A stretch of 64,000 bases of DNA from Eubacteriales bacterium (GCA_045126855.1 JBGVPG010000019.1:5061-69060); one strand, 5' to 3'; shown: positions 8,684 to 20,096, numbered from the stretch's first letter. Notes: generated by a model not told the origin, from the sequence alone. A program made the numbers and translations.

Positions 8684-10363
8684 ATGTTAACAGGAAATGA
8701 AATAATGCAACTTTTGCAAAGCCTTATATGGCTGCTTGCCGGCGTTGGCGTGTTTATAATCGGAATGAACTTCCTCAGCGAGGCTCTCGAAAAGAGTGCA
8801 GGAAGCGAAATGAAGAAGATGCTGGAGAAAATCAGCAACAACCGTCTTTCCGGCGTGTGTATAGGTGCCGGTGTAACCGCAATTATTCAAAGCTCATCGG
8901 CAACCTCCGTCATGGTAATCGGATTGGTTAATGCCGGTGTTATGACACTCTTACAGGCTACACCCATAATTATGGGTGCCAATATAGGTACTACCATCAC
9001 AGGCGTTCTGGTAGCATTAAAGAACGACTACTTTGATATGCTCATGTATCTTCTCGCCTTTGCGGGAGTTATGATGGGCTTTGTAAAAAATGAAAAGGTT
9101 AAGCTCGCCGGTCTGCTTTGCTCCGGCCTCGGCCTGATCTTCGTTGGACTCAACGTTATGAGCAGCGAGGATGCCTTCGGAAACCCTCTCATCGAGGAGC
9201 TATTCACCGACATATTCTCTGTCATTAACTTTCCTCTCCTCCTCATTATCGTAGGAGCAGTCTTCACCGCGCTTATTCAGAGTTCCTCCGCCGCAACGGG
9301 TGTTGTTATCACCATGGTTGGCGCAAGCGTGCTTCCCCTGGATCTTGCCCTGTTCATCATTTTGGGCGCAAACATCGGAACATGCGTTACCGCACTCCTT
9401 GCATCCATCGGCGCCAATGCTAATTCCAAGCGAGTTGCTCTTATCCACTTCACTTTTAACGTTATCGGAACGGCTATTTTCACCGCAATCATTTGGATGC
9501 TGAGGGAGCCTGTAATAAATCTTCTCGTATTGGTATTTCCCGGCAACGACCCTATGTCGTTGCAGATGCGTGTATCGCTCTTCCACGTAATATTCAACGT
9601 TACAACCACATGTCTCCTTCTTCCCTTCACAAAGCTGCTGGTGAAATATTCCACTGTAATTATCAAGGATAAGGATGAGCAAAGCGAAAATCTTACTCTC
9701 AAGTATGTGGATGACAGACTTTTGAGCACCCCTTCTGTTGCTCTAATGCAGGTAAAGAAGGAAATCGAGTATATGCTTGATCTTGTTGAGGAAAACATCA
9801 ACATGTCCTTCGATGCCATGGAGAGAGGAAATATTATCAACGGCGAAAAGGTTAGAAGCAATGAGAAAATCATCGACTTCACCAACGGCGCACTAACCAA
9901 GTTCCTTATCAAGCTCTCCACAGATGCGTCCGAAAGCGACGAGAGAGTGATCGGTTCTTACTTCCACGTTCTCAACGACCTTGAGCGTATCGGTGACCAC
10001 GCCGAGAACTTCTATGAGATCGGAGAGGAAATGCGCACAAAGAAGATCGAGTTCTCCGAGAAGGCAAGGGCCGATATCAAAAATATGTGCAGAGCCGTTC
10101 TTAACATGCTTGACATTTCCAAGGATGCATTCGAGCATCTGAATAAGAGCAGACTCTCAGATCTGACAACAATGGAAAACACTGTTGACAAAATGAAAAA
10201 GGATCTCACCGCCAGCCATTTCTCCCGCCTCGCCGAGGGAAATTGCAGCATGGAAGTAAGCCCCTACTACTCCTCTGCCATCGTTGGCCTAGAGCGTGTA
10301 GCAGATCACCTTGTAAATATCGGATACAGTATTGTTAACCCCGTTGGATCACAGAAGGGTTAA
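8684..10363 (+). CDS. Na/Pi cotransporter family protein with C-terminal PhoU domains
   Basis: Two QSSS...GANIGT repeats; DLERIGDHAEN and LERVADH. Confidence 0.95.
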   Translation: MLTGNEIMQLLQSLIWLLAGVGVFIIGMNFLSEALEKSAGSEMKKMLEKISNNRLSGVCIGAGVTAIIQSSSATSVMVIGLVNAGVMTLLQATPIIMGANIGTTITGVLVALKNDYFDMLMYLLAFAGVMMGFVKNEKVKLAGLLCSGLGLIFVGLNVMSSEDAFGNPLIEELFTDIFSVINFPLLLIIVGAVFTALIQSSSAATGVVITMVGASVLPLDLALFIILGANIGTCVTALLASIGANANSKRVALIHFTFNVIGTAIFTAIIWMLREPVINLLVLVFPGNDPMSLQMRVSLFHVIFNVTTTCLLLPFTKLLVKYSTVIIKDKDEQSENLTLKYVDDRLLSTPSVALMQVKKEIEYMLDLVEENINMSFDAMERGNIINGEKVRSNEKIIDFTNGALTKFLIKLSTDASESDERVIGSYFHVLNDLERIGDHAENFYEIGEEMRTKKIEFSEKARADIKNMCRAVLNMLDISKDAFEHLNKSRLSDLTTMENTVDKMKKDLTASHFSRLAEGNCSMEVSPYYSSAIVGLERVADHLVNIGYSIVNPVGSQKG

Positions 10364-10380
10364 TTCGCTTAAAAAAGCAC

Positions 10381-10410
10381 AAAGAGCCTGCGGAAAACCG
10401 CAGGCTCTTT
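10381..10410. terminator. Bidirectional intrinsic terminator
   Basis: aaagagcctgcgg-aaaa-ccgcaggctcttt between convergent genes. Confidence 0.85.
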
Positions 10411-10424
10411 CATATATATAAACG

Positions 10425-11381
10425 TTATATCCATCCAAAGGATTTTGCCATTGTAATGAATATAAACATTGTAACAACCGACAGGAGTGTGCCAAGGGTG
10501 ATTATCTCACCTGCAAGCTCGTAATCGGCCTCGTAGTTTCTCGCCATAGCGTAGCTGGAAACCGCATTGGGAGTAGCAAATACCGCTACGAGAATCGCCA
10601 TTTCAAGCTTGTTAAAGCCGAGAAGAGAGGAAACCGTCAGCATAACGAGAGGAATAATAACCGTCTTTCCAAGCACCGAGAGAAGCGAGAACTTCACGTT
10701 CTTCAGCATATTTCCAAACTTCAGATCACCGCCGAGAATAAGGAAAGCCACGGGAGTCGCCGCAGACTTTATGTTGAAGAGGGTGGTGTCAAGAATCTCG
10801 GGCATATCAAAGCCGATGGAATTGCGGATAATCGAGAAAACAAGACCGCTGACGCCACCGATAATAAGAGGGTTTTTCACGATTCCGAGAAGAGCCGACT
10901 TGATATTCTTGTTCTCCGCCTCGCTGAAAGCGTAGAGCGAAATTACCGAGAGCATATTGATGACGGGCACGTAGAAGGATGCAACCACAGCCGCAAGGAC
11001 TGCGCCCTCATCACCGCCAATGCTGAGACCGAGAGGCACGCCGAAGAGCAGGAAATTGGAGCGGAACGTACCCTGAATCATTACGCCGCGGCGCTTCTTG
11101 TCCTTAACGAAGATAGGAACGATGAGGAAAAGCAGACCGCAGAGAAGACAGGCGCAAAGGCAAACGTAAAGAATAAGACGAAGGTTAAATACCTCGAAGA
11201 TGTTAGCCGTTGCAACGTTATAGAAAAGAAGGACGGGAAGCAGACACTTAAAGCACACCTCGTTTGCCACCTTTAAGAAATGGCCGTCCCAAAGCTTAAT
11301 TCGTGTAAGGAAATAACCGAGAATAATTAAAAGGAAGATCGGAACAACTACGTTCGCGGAAAAAATCAGATCAGCTCCCAT
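10425..11381 (-). CDS. AEC (auxin efflux carrier) family transporter
   Basis: About 10 hydrophobic segments; FRSNFLLFGVP, KNPLIIG, ATPNAVSSYAMA. Confidence 0.9.
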   Translation of the reverse strand: MGADLIFSANVVVPIFLLIILGYFLTRIKLWDGHFLKVANEVCFKCLLPVLLFYNVATANIFEVFNLRLILYVCLCACLLCGLLFLIVPIFVKDKKRRGVMIQGTFRSNFLLFGVPLGLSIGGDEGAVLAAVVASFYVPVINMLSVISLYAFSEAENKNIKSALLGIVKNPLIIGGVSGLVFSIIRNSIGFDMPEILDTTLFNIKSAATPVAFLILGGDLKFGNMLKNVKFSLLSVLGKTVIIPLVMLTVSSLLGFNKLEMAILVAVFATPNAVSSYAMARNYEADYELAGEIITLGTLLSVVTMFIFITMAKSFGWI

Positions 11382-11522
11382 AAAAACTCCTTGTTTTTGA
11401 CAAATTACGCCTAATTATACACCCATTTTTTTCATATTTCAATAGAAAAAATGAAAAAAACGCAAAATCTATGATTTGCGCGTTTTTAACTAAATTCGTG
11501 CCGTGTTTTTGTATATAATGAC

Positions 11523-11554
11523 AAAAGGACAGAAGGTTAATACCCTCTGTCCTT
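11523..11554 (-). terminator. Intrinsic terminator after addB
   Basis: aaggacaga...tctgtcctt stem followed by a T-run on the minus strand. Confidence 0.65.
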
Positions 11555-11557
11555 CAT

Positions 11558-14500
11558 TTATTGCTTTCTGCAAATAGGCTTAAACTCACAGTATTCGCAG
11601 GGGGATACGCCGCTCCTTTTCTTGGGATCGGCAGGCATTTTGCCGCCCCTGATACCCTCTGCGGCGGTGATAACCGATTGCTCAACCGTCTCCATAAGCT
11701 CACTCCAGCCATCCTCGGTATAGAGAAGCTCACGCTTATTATCCCTTATCTCATCGGGATAGGAGGCGGAGTATACGGGGGTATATCGCAGAGTCATTGC
11801 GGAAATATTCTCGGGAGTATCAAGTATCATTCCCTCCCTGCCCTGAGCCGCCTTGACAGCCTCGTCGGCAAGCTTATCATCAGGTGTTGCCACCTTAACG
11901 TCGGATACGGCGGTTTTGACGTAGATAACGCCTGCAGGAACCAGCCTGCCCTCATCACCGACACCGACCCTCTCACGGAATTTCGACTTATCGCTTTCAA
12001 CCAAGGCACGAAGATAGAGGAACATCTGAAGATTGGATCCCTCGGCAAGGTCGGTAGGCGAAAACGCCTTCTGTCCCGTCTTGTAATCCACGACCCTGAG
12101 GTAGACGTCATCACCCTTTTTATAGGCGTCAACTCGGTCGATAATACCGAAGATATTTATATCACCCTTATCGGTCTTGATGTTTATGGGGCTGGGGCTT
12201 GCCTCGTCGTAGGAAAGACGAAGCTCGAAAAAGCGCGGCTCGTATGCCGACTGTCGGAATTCCTCGCACAAGCCGTCCACCACGGGAAGGGCGGCACGGC
12301 ATAGTCTGTCGATCTTGATCTTCGTCCTGACAGATGCTCCGACCGAATCCTCGCCAAGCTCGGCAATATACTTCTCCGCCGCGCGGAGAGTCAGAGCCTT
12401 GCGCTCGTCAGCGGTAAGCTCGCCCGACCTTCTTCCCTCACGGGAAAGGGCGGAAAAGAAATTCTCAAGAATAGCGTGGATAAAGGAGCCGATGCTCCTT
12501 GCATCAAACTCCGCACGCTCCTCCCTGCCAAGCTTAACCGTATAACGGCAGAAATAGCCGAAGGGACAGTTCACGTAGGAGTCAATTTTGCTCTGTGACA
12601 GGGACAGCGGTCTGCCAACCAGACTGTTTACTATGCCCTCGCCAAGAGATGCCTTTGTATTTGAAATATCCCCCTCAAGGACCTCTACCTCACGCGCAAA
12701 TCCCGAGCGCAAAAGGGCGTCCTTTACCGAGGAATAGTCCTTGCCCGCTCCGCCGATATCAAGCAGGGTAAGTCCGGGAGAGTAGGATCTTTCGCAGGCG
12801 GTAAGGCTGTCCACACGTCTGGGTGTGACCTGACCGCCGGTCAGCTTAGTGATCCTTGAAATAACCTCGGCAGGGGCAACCGACTTGAACCTGGTATCCT
12901 GAGCCGAGTAGCTGAGGGTCACCGAGGTCGTGGCATAGGAGAATGCACGGCTGAAGATAAACAACTCACGTGCGCCCTTGATCTCCAGCTCGGGAGCAAT
13001 GGCAAGGCCGCCTGCCAAAAGGCGTTGTCTGTCTCTCTCGGTAAAGTAGGATCTGTCCGATACGGTGGCAGGGAATTTCCCCTCGTTTACACCGATAAGA
13101 TAGATGTGCTTTTTCTCATAAAGTCTGAGCATATCGGCACTACCAACCGTCACGCTGTCAACGTAGGCAGGAATATGGCCAATATTTGCCGCAGAAAATA
13201 CCGTTTTTAGCTGGGAAAGGAAGGCGTCACGGTCGGCAGGAAGATCGCCAAGGACGGTAACCACCGTGTCAAGCGACGCGCAGATCACCTTCCAAAGAGC
13301 CGCATTATCCTCCGCAAGGCTATTTTCACCCATTTCGCTGAGCGCCAGGGCACGTTTTTTCAAGGAATCCTCCATATTAATACTCAGAAGGAAGGAAAGG
13401 AGCGCCTCTGCCTGCTCACGAACCGTGCCGGCCGCCGCCGAGGAGGTTGCAAAAGCAAGCAAGGGAGATATTACTCGACGCCTTATACCGTCGATACGAA
13501 GGAGTTTTTCGTCAGTACCCTCGTCACGGTGGGTGGTATAGCCTGCAGGATTCATATTCCATAGCTCGCCGTCGGTAAAGCGGCGACCGTTTATCTGCCA
13601 CTTATTGACGTACATTTCAAGCTCATCGCACTCCTCACGGCTGACGCCCGACAAAGCACACTTGGCATAGCTGATAACGTCACCGCGAGAGAAGCCTCGT
13701 AGGACGGCGTAGGCGGTGTATATAAGCTTAACCGCCTCCAGCTCCTGAACGTCACGTCGGTAGGAGGTGAAGGAGGGTATACCTGCAGTATCAAGAGCAC
13801 AGTCAAGGATGCCAAGATAGCTCTCCGCCTGTCTTGACACGATGGCAAAGTCGGAGTAGGAGTCTCCCTCCATCACTCTGCGCCTGATATCCTCGCATAC
13901 AAAGGCGCATTCCTCGTAAGGCGTTTTTGCCTCAAAAATACGCAAAATATCGCTGTTTTGTAAAGTTATATTGTCATTTGGCGTTATTGCAGACCATAAA
14001 TAACGTGAAATCTCTGCGAGTGACTCGTCGGATTTCGTGCCGTAGCCCTCCTCCCTGACAAGGTGAACCTCAACACCGCTCTTACGGGCGTAGGAGCTGA
14101 GCTTAGCACGGCAATCGAGGATCTCCGAGAACTCAAAGGCATCCTCCCTGCCCTTTGGGAGCATTAAAGCAACCGACACGGTCGTTCGCTCGGCAAGGAG
14201 AGACAGAAGCCTGTACTGTGGCTCGGTAAATGAGGTGAAGCCCTCTACGAAAATCTCGGTATCCGAAAGGAAATCGGGGTTCTCACGCAGTTTTTTTATC
14301 ATCATATCAGCGTCATCGCCCGTATCGGCGTAACGCTCGTTAAGTATATCCTTATAGAGCGAATAGATGCTCGAAAGGTCGCAAAGCTTGGAGTATAGTC
14401 TCTTGTCGCTCTGTATCTCCTCATCAAGGCAGACAGCGGAAAGCTCGGAGGGAGAAATACCGAGACTCTGCATTTCGCCGACGGCGGCAAGAGCCGATTC

Positions 14501-14851
14501 CACCATTCCCTCTCCAACCTCTCCCCTGCCACGGGTCATTGCAAGTGTGGGGGCAAGCTCGGTCAGGGCACGCCACATAATAAGCGACTTTTTCGCATTA
14601 TCACAGTACTCGCCCACAAGTCCTCCGAGAGAACGGAAGGTGCTGTTGGCAAGACGGGTGAAATTCGTTACCTCAAAGGAGAGAGCGGAGGACGGCGGAA
14701 GCACTCTGGCCATATATCCTTCAGCCATAACCGTCTGCTGCTCGGGTACTATCAGAATACTTTTATCGCCACGGTTATTGATTAGCCCTATCTCACGGCA
14801 AAAGGCCTCACGTGCCGCACCGGGATATCCCGATTGCATAATTTTCAGCAT
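11558..14851 (-). CDS. addB: AddB/RexB-like helicase-nuclease subunit B
   Basis: LIVPEQ, GFTSFT, GIIDRVD...VVDYKTG nuclease motif; Fe-S cysteines CPFGYFC and CEYCEFKPIC. Confidence 0.88.
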   Translation of the reverse strand: MLKIMQSGYPGAAREAFCREIGLINNRGDKSILIVPEQQTVMAEGYMARVLPPSSALSFEVTNFTRLANSTFRSLGGLVGEYCDNAKKSLIMWRALTELAPTLAMTRGRGEVGEGMVESALAAVGEMQSLGISPSELSAVCLDEEIQSDKRLYSKLCDLSSIYSLYKDILNERYADTGDDADMMIKKLRENPDFLSDTEIFVEGFTSFTEPQYRLLSLLAERTTVSVALMLPKGREDAFEFSEILDCRAKLSSYARKSGVEVHLVREEGYGTKSDESLAEISRYLWSAITPNDNITLQNSDILRIFEAKTPYEECAFVCEDIRRRVMEGDSYSDFAIVSRQAESYLGILDCALDTAGIPSFTSYRRDVQELEAVKLIYTAYAVLRGFSRGDVISYAKCALSGVSREECDELEMYVNKWQINGRRFTDGELWNMNPAGYTTHRDEGTDEKLLRIDGIRRRVISPLLAFATSSAAAGTVREQAEALLSFLLSINMEDSLKKRALALSEMGENSLAEDNAALWKVICASLDTVVTVLGDLPADRDAFLSQLKTVFSAANIGHIPAYVDSVTVGSADMLRLYEKKHIYLIGVNEGKFPATVSDRSYFTERDRQRLLAGGLAIAPELEIKGARELFIFSRAFSYATTSVTLSYSAQDTRFKSVAPAEVISRITKLTGGQVTPRRVDSLTACERSYSPGLTLLDIGGAGKDYSSVKDALLRSGFAREVEVLEGDISNTKASLGEGIVNSLVGRPLSLSQSKIDSYVNCPFGYFCRYTVKLGREERAEFDARSIGSFIHAILENFFSALSREGRRSGELTADERKALTLRAAEKYIAELGEDSVGASVRTKIKIDRLCRAALPVVDGLCEEFRQSAYEPRFFELRLSYDEASPSPINIKTDKGDINIFGIIDRVDAYKKGDDVYLRVVDYKTGQKAFSPTDLAEGSNLQMFLYLRALVESDKSKFRERVGVGDEGRLVPAGVIYVKTAVSDVKVATPDDKLADEAVKAAQGREGMILDTPENISAMTLRYTPVYSASYPDEIRDNKRELLYTEDGWSELMETVEQSVITAAEGIRGGKMPADPKKRSGVSPCEYCEFKPICRKQ

Positions 14852-14880
14852 ATCTCTACTCCTTTCTTTCATTTGAAAAT

Positions 14881-14909
14881 ATTATAATATAAATAAGCCT
14901 TTTTGTCAA
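14881..14909 (-). promoter_or_regulatory. Sigma-A promoter for addB
   Basis: TTGACA-17 nt-TATAAT on the minus strand. Confidence 0.75.
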
Positions 14910-15046
14910 GAATTCGAGTATTTCGAAATGTATTTTCTACTTAATGTCAATTTTTGCAATCTCAAATAGCAATTTTTGCAATTCTCTCATAAAAGATTAT
15001 GTTGTATAATTATGTTGATAAAATATGCAAAAAGGAGTATAAACCA

Positions 15047-16012
15047 ATGAACAATATGATTAATAAGCTCTATTCCATCGGACTTATCCCCGTTATCAAG
15101 ATTGAGAACGCAGAGGATGCAGTTCCCCTTGCAAAGGCACTTATCGACGGCGGACTTCCCGCAGCAGAAATTACCTTCAGAACCGCTTGCGCGGCTGAGG
15201 CGATCAAGAACATCACCGATGCATACCCCGAGATGCTCGTAGGTGCAGGCACCGTTCTCACCACCGAGCAGGTTGACGCGGCTATTGCGGCAGGCTCCAA
15301 GTTCCTCGTTTCCCCCGGTCTTAACCCCAAGGTTACCGCTTATGCACTCTCCAAGGGCGTGCCCATGCTTCCCGGCTGTGCTAACCCCTCCGATATCGAG
15401 GCTGCTCTCGAGCTTGGTCTCAAGACAGTTAAGTTCTTCCCTGCTGAGGCAGCAGGCGGTCTCAAGATGCTCAAGGCTATGGCTGCTCCCTACGGTCAGC
15501 TCACCTTTATGCCTACAGGCGGCATCAACGCAAACAACCTTCTCGACTACCTCAAGTTCAACAAGATCATCGCTTGCGGCGGCTCCTTCATGGTTGCCGA
15601 CGACCTCGTAAGAGACAAGAAGTGGGACGAGATCACCGCTCTCACCAAGAACGCAGTTAAGGTTATGCTTGGTCTTGAGTTCGTTCACATGGGTATCAAC
15701 AACGAGTCCAAGGAAGAGGCTGAGAAGGCCGCAAAGCTCTTCAACCTTATGTTTGGTATGCCTCTCAAGGAGACCTCTAAGTCCACCTTCGCAGGCGAGC
15801 AGCTTGAATTTATGCACAAGAAGGGCCCCGGCGCACACGGCCACATCGGCATCCGCACCAACTTCGTTGACCGTGCTATGGCATACTTCAAGAGAATGGG
15901 CTTCGAGTTCGACGAGTCCACCATCACCTACGACGACAAGAGCGGCAAGCCCAAGTTCGTTTACTTCAAGGACGAGATCGCAGGCTTTGCTATCCATCTG
16001 GTTCAGAAGTAA
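15047..16012 (+). CDS. eda: KDPG/KHG aldolase with C-terminal VOC-like extension
   Basis: AEITFRT, GAGTV, VSPG, KFFPAE, PTGGI; about 110 extra C-terminal residues (HMGIN...GHIGI...AIHLVQK). Confidence 0.92.
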   Translation: MNNMINKLYSIGLIPVIKIENAEDAVPLAKALIDGGLPAAEITFRTACAAEAIKNITDAYPEMLVGAGTVLTTEQVDAAIAAGSKFLVSPGLNPKVTAYALSKGVPMLPGCANPSDIEAALELGLKTVKFFPAEAAGGLKMLKAMAAPYGQLTFMPTGGINANNLLDYLKFNKIIACGGSFMVADDLVRDKKWDEITALTKNAVKVMLGLEFVHMGINNESKEEAEKAAKLFNLMFGMPLKETSKSTFAGEQLEFMHKKGPGAHGHIGIRTNFVDRAMAYFKRMGFEFDESTITYDDKSGKPKFVYFKDEIAGFAIHLVQK

Positions 16013-16156
16013 TAAACATTAAGCGTTTTCGGTAGTCTGATTGCAGACCGCTCACTCACCCCGTATGGTGAGCGCGAAAAGGCACCGAAAGGCCGTACTG
16101 TGTTAGAACAGACTAAACGCCTTTCTGGTCCATCTTGTACAGAAGTAATTTAAAGC

Positions 16157-16195
16157 AAAAAATATACCGAGAGGCTCTCGCCTCTCGGTTTTTTA
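16157..16195. terminator. Bidirectional intrinsic terminator
   Basis: accgagagg...cctctcggt flanked by A and T runs between convergent genes. Confidence 0.8.
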
Positions 16196-16200
16196 TTTAG

Positions 16201-16698
16201 TTAGTGATTTTTGATAAACGAGGGTACTTCCTCAATGGGAATGTCAAGAACAAGTGCGAGCTCGGAGTGAAGCAGGCGCTCCGCCTTCTGGCGAGCCGTC
16301 TCGTCGGTCAGGAAGTTCTTTTTGCCCTCAGCCTCACGGCGCTTCGCATTCTCGTCGATCGCACGGATCATACTGAACATCGCCTCTCTGTCTGCCGATT
16401 CCATAAGCTTCTTAAAATGATCGGCACGGGCACGGTTCGACTCCACCCACTCTATGTCGGGAAGCTTGTCTATGCGACCGATAAGCTCCAGGGCCTCCTC
16501 CCGTGTAAGAAGATGGCGCATAACCGAAAGGAGCCTTTCGCTATCGCAGGGCACGAAGATAAGCGAGTCGGATCGGCTGCAGACAGACGACAAAACGTAG
16601 TAGTTGCGAGAGACGTCTCCAATAGACTCCTCCCGTACGTCAACTATTTCCATAACGCCGTTTGCGCCGTATACGATTCTGTCACCAATCTTAAACAT
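16201..16698 (-). CDS. CarD-like transcriptional regulator
   Basis: MFKIGDRIVYGANGV N-terminus; C-terminal AERLLHSELALVL. Confidence 0.85.
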   Translation of the reverse strand: MFKIGDRIVYGANGVMEIVDVREESIGDVSRNYYVLSSVCSRSDSLIFVPCDSERLLSVMRHLLTREEALELIGRIDKLPDIEWVESNRARADHFKKLMESADREAMFSMIRAIDENAKRREAEGKKNFLTDETARQKAERLLHSELALVLDIPIEEVPSFIKNH

Positions 16699-16776
16699 AG
16701 GCCCTCCTAAGCAGCTTTCTACTACTATTTTATCACAAAACGTCTAAAATTGCAAGGGGACATTTTTCACAAATTT

Positions 16777-19221
16777 TTATTCAACCGAAATAACCTTATA
16801 ACCTGCTCCCTCAACGGCGGCTATGATCTCCTCCCTGTTGTCGCAGCCTGCGGCAAAATGAACGATAGCCTGATCCTTCTCGTGACTTACCTCGGCATAC
16901 TCTACGCACGCAAGCGCCTGGAGTGTATCACGGACTCTAGCCTCACAATGGGGGCACATCATACCCTGAATTTTCATAGTAACTGTCATATTTATTTCCT
17001 CTTTTTCAATAGTTTTTTCATCATTAATCTTTGTTTTGTTATATTTTGACCTAAATCCGTTAAGCCTTAAAGCATTCATAACGACCGTGACGGACGAGAG
17101 GCTCATTGCCGCCGCACCGAACATCGGGTCAAGGGTAAGGCCGAACAAGCCTGCCGCAAGGGGAATGCCCACAAGGTTGTAGCAGAATGCCCAGAAAAGG
17201 TTTTCATAAATATTCTTCAGCACCTTCCTACCCAGGCGAATAGCGTCTACCGCACCCGAGAGAGAATCGCTCATAAGAACTACGTTTGCAGATTCGATGG
17301 CAATATCGGTGCCGCCGCCAATAGCCATTCCGACGTCGGCACGGGTCAGGGCAGGCGCATCATTGATGCCGTCGCCCACCATAATCACCCTGCCCTCCCT
17401 AGCAAGAGAGCGTATCGCCTCCTCCTTGCCACCGGGCAGAAGACCTGCAAAGACCTCGCTGACACCTGCGTCACGACCGATAGCATTGGCGGTACGGACG
17501 TTATCTCCCGTCAGCATAACGACACGAAGTCCCATATCCTTCATATCCCTGATAGCCTCGGCGCTGTCAGGACGAATAGCGTCTGCAACGGCAATGAGAC
17601 CAAGCAACCTATCGCCCTTTGCGAAGAACAAGGGTGTTTTTCCCTCACCCGTCAATCTCTCGTAGTCCTGAGTGAGTGAGGAAAGGTCAAAGAAGCTTGA
17701 AATAAACTTATAGCTTCCTCCGAGAACCCTCTCGCCGCCGAGATAGCCCTCTACGCCGCTACCGCTAAGAGCCTTGAAATCGGTGATTTCGGCAGGTGCG
17801 CCTCTGCCCTCGGCATAGCTTACGATAGCCCTCGCCAAGGGATGCTCACTTTTTGCCTCAATGGCATAGGCGACCGACAAGAGCTCGTCCGTGCTGCTGC
17901 CGCTAGAAGAAATGACGGTTGTCACCGCAGGATTTCCCTCGGTTATAGTGCCCGTCTTATCAAGACAAACAATCTTGGCACGTCCCGTAAGCTCCAGCGC
18001 CTCGGCATTCTTAAAGAGGAGACCGAGTCTTGCGCCCTTTCCGCTTCCAACCATAATTGCCACGGGTGTAGCAAGTCCGAGAGCACAGGGACAGCTGATA
18101 ACCAAAACAGAAATTGCCCGTGAAAGCGCATAGGAGAATATTCCGTCGGCAATCATCCAGCCGGCGAAGGTAACTATTGCTATACCGAGAACGGTGGGAA
18201 CGAAAATTCCCGATATTTTGTCGGCAACCTTTGCAATAGGTGCCTTCGTAGCCGAGGCATCCTCGACCATTCTGATAATTGAGGAAAAGGCAGTCTCGTC
18301 GCCAACCTTGGTCGCACGGCACTCGAGATATCCCGATCTGTTGACGGTGGCAGCCAAAACGTCGTCGCCCACCTGCTTATCCACGGGAACCGACTCGCCG
18401 TTCAGCATAGACTCGTCAATACTGCTGTGACCCTTAATAACCACACCGTCAACCGGGATAGCCTCGCCCGGCCTAAGGATAAATACGTCGCCAACCACCA
18501 CCTCGGAGGCGAGAATAACCCGAGTTTCACCATTCCTGATAACGGTTGCGATTTTAGGTGCAAGGCTGATAAGGCTGTTTATGGCATCGGTGGTTTTACC
18601 CTTTGCCCTCGCCTCCAGCATCTTGCCGACCGTGATAAGCGTCAGGATCATCGCCGCCGACTCAAAATACAGACCGTGAAGATCGTGGAAGGAGCCGACC
18701 CCGAGCAGCAGATAAAGACTGTAAACGTAGGACACGCCCGAGCCCAGAGATACGAGGGTATCCATATTGGGGGAGCGGTTGATTACGGCGCGGAAGCCGC
18801 TGATGAAAAATCGGCGGTTAACAATGAGTATAGCACCGCTGATCACAGCCTCAATTACAGCTATTATAATGGGGTTGTTGACTAAAATTTTGGGTATGGG
18901 CGCGCCTAGCATCACCGCGCCCATGGAGATATACATCAGGGGAATAAGAAGGCATACAGAGACGATAAGACGTCTTAAAATGCTCTTTTCCTCGTTATTT
19001 TGTACATTATTGTTTACTTTTTCACCTTTAGTCGTAGCTCCATAGCCACTTTTTATGACCGCCGAGATAATCTCATCATCGCTTATATTTCCCTCAACGA
19101 CCATGGAGTTAGTCAGAAGATTTACCGAGCAGCTGCTTACCCCATCAAGGGATGACACCGCATTTTCTACCCTTGCCGAGCAGGCGGCACAGCTCATTCC
19201 TGTAATATTGAATTGCCTCAT
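16777..19221 (-). CDS. copA: Heavy-metal (Cu+) translocating P1B-type ATPase
   Basis: GMSCAAC and C-terminal GMMCPHC HMA domains; [18 protein letters not shown]; YN and MxxSS Cu(I)-type residues. Confidence 0.93.
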   Translation of the reverse strand: MRQFNITGMSCAACSARVENAVSSLDGVSSCSVNLLTNSMVVEGNISDDEIISAVIKSGYGATTKGEKVNNNVQNNEEKSILRRLIVSVCLLIPLMYISMGAVMLGAPIPKILVNNPIIIAVIEAVISGAILIVNRRFFISGFRAVINRSPNMDTLVSLGSGVSYVYSLYLLLGVGSFHDLHGLYFESAAMILTLITVGKMLEARAKGKTTDAINSLISLAPKIATVIRNGETRVILASEVVVGDVFILRPGEAIPVDGVVIKGHSSIDESMLNGESVPVDKQVGDDVLAATVNRSGYLECRATKVGDETAFSSIIRMVEDASATKAPIAKVADKISGIFVPTVLGIAIVTFAGWMIADGIFSYALSRAISVLVISCPCALGLATPVAIMVGSGKGARLGLLFKNAEALELTGRAKIVCLDKTGTITEGNPAVTTVISSSGSSTDELLSVAYAIEAKSEHPLARAIVSYAEGRGAPAEITDFKALSGSGVEGYLGGERVLGGSYKFISSFFDLSSLTQDYERLTGEGKTPLFFAKGDRLLGLIAVADAIRPDSAEAIRDMKDMGLRVVMLTGDNVRTANAIGRDAGVSEVFAGLLPGGKEEAIRSLAREGRVIMVGDGINDAPALTRADVGMAIGGGTDIAIESANVVLMSDSLSGAVDAIRLGRKVLKNIYENLFWAFCYNLVGIPLAAGLFGLTLDPMFGAAAMSLSSVTVVMNALRLNGFRSKYNKTKINDEKTIEKEEINMTVTMKIQGMMCPHCEARVRDTLQALACVEYAEVSHEKDQAIVHFAAGCDNREEIIAAVEGAGYKVISVE

Positions 19222-19274
19222 AGGCCCTCCGTTTTAGCTTTTTCTACCTCTATTATACACCAAATGTCAAAAAT

Positions 19275-19994
19275 TTACAAGATAGCATTTAATAAAAGCA
19301 TGAAAGAAAATCCCAAAAGAAGGAAATAAGTGGGTGCCCTTCCCCCTGAGGAATGGGTTTCGGGTATCATTTCATCGCTGATAACGTAGAGCATCGTTCC
19401 GCCTGCAAAGGAAAGTATCAAAGGCAAAAGCGCAGCGGAAACGCCTACGGCAAAGTAGCCGATGAGAGTGCCGAAGATCTCGATTACCCCCGTCGCCCCT
19501 GAAATAAGAAACGCCTTTATTCGACCGACACCTGCACCTCGCATGGCAACGGTGACGATAATTCCCTCGGGAATATTCTGAATGGCGATGGCGGTGGCAA
19601 TCATCAAAGCACCGCTACTGTCACCGCTACCAAGCCCTACGCCTGCCGCTATCCCCTCGGGAAGATTATGCAGAGCTATTGCCATAACAAAAAGTGCAAC
19701 TCGCCGGAGTTTATCGTCAAAGAAGCTTCGCTTTTTCATCAGATATGGAAGAGGAAGGTCAAGAAGATTTACAAGCCCGGCACCGAGGAATATTCCTATA
19801 ACACAAACGGCGACTCCCCCCTCAAGGGACGGAAGGATCAAGCCGATTATTGCCGCCGAAAGCATCACTCCTGCGGCAAAGGAAAGCATGGCATCGTTTG
19901 CCCTTTTTCCAATAGTCGAAAAGAGCAGTCCAACTCCTCCGCCAAATATAGTTGCGCCGCCCACAAGGACAGCGGTTAATAATACATTGTTCAT
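19275..19994 (-). CDS. ZIP family metal transporter (ZupT/GufA-like)
   Basis: HNLPEG, QNIPEG and EMIPETH motifs. Confidence 0.9.
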   Translation of the reverse strand: MNNVLLTAVLVGGATIFGGGVGLLFSTIGKRANDAMLSFAAGVMLSAAIIGLILPSLEGGVAVCVIGIFLGAGLVNLLDLPLPYLMKKRSFFDDKLRRVALFVMAIALHNLPEGIAAGVGLGSGDSSGALMIATAIAIQNIPEGIIVTVAMRGAGVGRIKAFLISGATGVIEIFGTLIGYFAVGVSAALLPLILSFAGGTMLYVISDEMIPETHSSGGRAPTYFLLLGFSFMLLLNAIL

Positions 19995-20060
19995 TTTCAG
20001 TCCTTAGAATAGAGATTTTGCTCCTTCTATCATTCTATTCTTTGACCGTTTTTTTGACAT

Positions 20061-20096
20061 AAAAATCCCCACAAATTCGTCATTTGTGGGGATTTT
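20061..20096. terminator. Intrinsic terminator after infB
   Basis: aaaatccccacaaat...atttgtggggatttt. Confidence 0.8.

Noticed and set aside
16030-16100. Hammerhead ribozyme (ctga...cgaaa)
   Set aside because: The core reads CTGATTG rather than CTGANGA, so the catalytic consensus is not met.
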